Position numbers and translations under genes: made by a program. Below the pieces are notes generated by a model. It saw only the letters and a list, made by a program, of their open reading frames with translations, did not search any database and was not told where the DNA came from. Of a stretch of DNA of 64,000 nt, positions 62,313 to 64,000 are shown in pieces. The stretch is taken from positions 28,644,001 to 28,708,000 of the forward strand of contig NC_043004.1 in NCBI RefSeq assembly GCF_006345805.1, read 5' to 3'. Source of the DNA: Octopus sinensis. Taxonomy: Eukaryota. Position 1 is the stretch's first letter; each line of letters opens with the position of its first letter.

Positions 62313-63588
62313 GTATACGTATATTTTTGGCTCATTTCACATCCTAACTCGCCAATTCCTCTCTCTCCAGTTCCTCCTCCTCTCTATTTCTTCCCCCACC
62401 CCCACCCTATTTTCGCAAATCGTTCGCTCACTCTTTTATTCTTTCTCCGTCTCTATCTCCAGTTCTAATTCAACCCATCTACTTCCAACGACCGTCAGAC
62501 CTCACCACAAGCATCGCTACATTACACCGCCCACCGTTATCACTGCATAATTACTCACTTACTTCTCCTCGTCTCCACGACCAATGTTAATACGAGTTTC
62601 TTCATCTTTATAATATATCACGCTATTGCCAATAAGTGCAATAAGTGTAATCATCTCCATTATCTTTAACAACACTATTTGCACTACCACCTGCAGAACA
62701 AGAATTAATAATCCTCACCACCACCACCACCACCACCACCACAACCACCACTACAACCACCACCAACACCATCACCACCACAACCACCACCACCACCACC
62801 ATAGATATCGCCACCCTCAATAACAATGACAGTCACTATCGCTACTACCATTGCCACCTACACCATCAGTACTACTACCATTACCACCAGTGTCACCATT
62901 AGGACCACCATCACAGTAACCCATACCACAGCCGCCACGATGATAGTGATTACCAACGCTACGACGGTCATGATCAAATCCATGATTGATGTCCCCTACT
63001 GTAACAAAAGATTTATCTCCCCTCTCAATAAACCTGCGTCTATCTATGACTCCCACCGCGATTCACTCTTCGAATCCCTTTGTATTTCAATCTCTCTGTT
63101 CCAGTATGGACATCTGTGAGTGGGGCAGGCAATAATGGTGGATGTAGTGACGATGGTGACGGTGGCTTGTGAAGCTGGTGATGACGATCGTTGTTATGAA
63201 CATGATGGTGATGGCGCTTGTAGTAACGGTTGCAGTGATGATGGGTGAAGTTGGTGGCAATAGTCACAATTATACTAGTAGTGATAGTTATAGAGAAAGT
63301 GGTTAGTGATTCGGGTGCTGGTTGGTTATGTCGGAATTGTTGTTGATGAGGGATCACATGATCTAACATATTCTGTCCTTTTTTTTTTTTTTTTTTTTGA
63401 GAATGGAGGACGTTAATTTTAGCAGTTCGAATTAATACATTGACTCGCAGTGGTGGTATTGATAATGGTGATGGTGTGGATGCTGTTCGGTGTGGATGCG
63501 TGATGCTTCTGCTAATTCTGGTATTGGTGATGTTGTGGTGGTGATGATCATGGTGGTAGTGATAGTGATGGTGGTGGTGGTGGTGGTG

Positions 63589-63632
<44 letters not shown>

Positions 63633-63642
63633 GGTGGTGGTG

Positions 63643-63690
<48 letters not shown>

Positions 63691-63748
63691 ACAGAGGCAA
63701 TATATTGCCCCAGGGCTTTTTACGTATTTTTTCTTCTACAGCATCTCA

Positions 63749-64000
63749 TCTATATTTATAAAGCTGAAGTTGCCTGTGTGTGTGTGGCAGGTTTGGTAAC
63801 CTTCAACTAATACTATCTCCTCCGAGACCCTGCGGCACAAGTTGACCAAAATTGAAAGTATGGTAGAAGAAGGCTTGCTCTTCATTCCGTAGAAGAAAAA
63901 AATTCAAATCGGACCATGTTAACACCAAAAATTATTTACATCAAAAAGGTGCTTCTTTTCTACGAAATTCCCTATTTTTTACGATTTTTTGACTGCTGTG
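63749..64000 (+). mobile_element. Helitron-like non-autonomous element 5' end, running off the window
   Basis: a|TCtatatttataaagctgaag followed by a short (TG)n tract, a layout typical of such elements. Confidence 0.45.

Overview
Animal, repeat-saturated non-coding DNA. The SINE families and the extreme (TA)n/(CA)n/(GATA)n/(TAA)n density suggest an octopus or other coleoid cephalopod genome; this is an inference, not a database match. No host protein-coding gene is confidently identifiable, and most entries in the ORF track are microsatellite read-throughs. The window holds a full-length but frameshifted Tx1/L1-clade LINE inserted in a (GATA)n tract and a young 5'-truncated RTE LINE with an 11-bp target-site duplication. 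It also holds R4/Dong pieces in (TAA)n tracts, several decayed Penelope-like elements (PLEs), a CR1-group LINE 3' end, mariner and maT transposons, a Gypsy RT fragment, Helitron-like termini and many tRNA-derived SINEs. The strongest signal not explained by the ORF track is about a dozen type I hammerhead ribozyme motifs. These include a non-coding ~593-bp circularly permuted, tandem-plus-inverted retrozyme-like array (58.2-59.7 kb) and a ~630-bp palindrome with one intact hammerhead per arm (60.2-60.8 kb); both have unusually long stem II. Two SINE 3' tails match LINE 3' ends present in the window, one with compensatory stem-loop changes. Fold-back palindromes recur throughout. All alignments and folds were done by eye.
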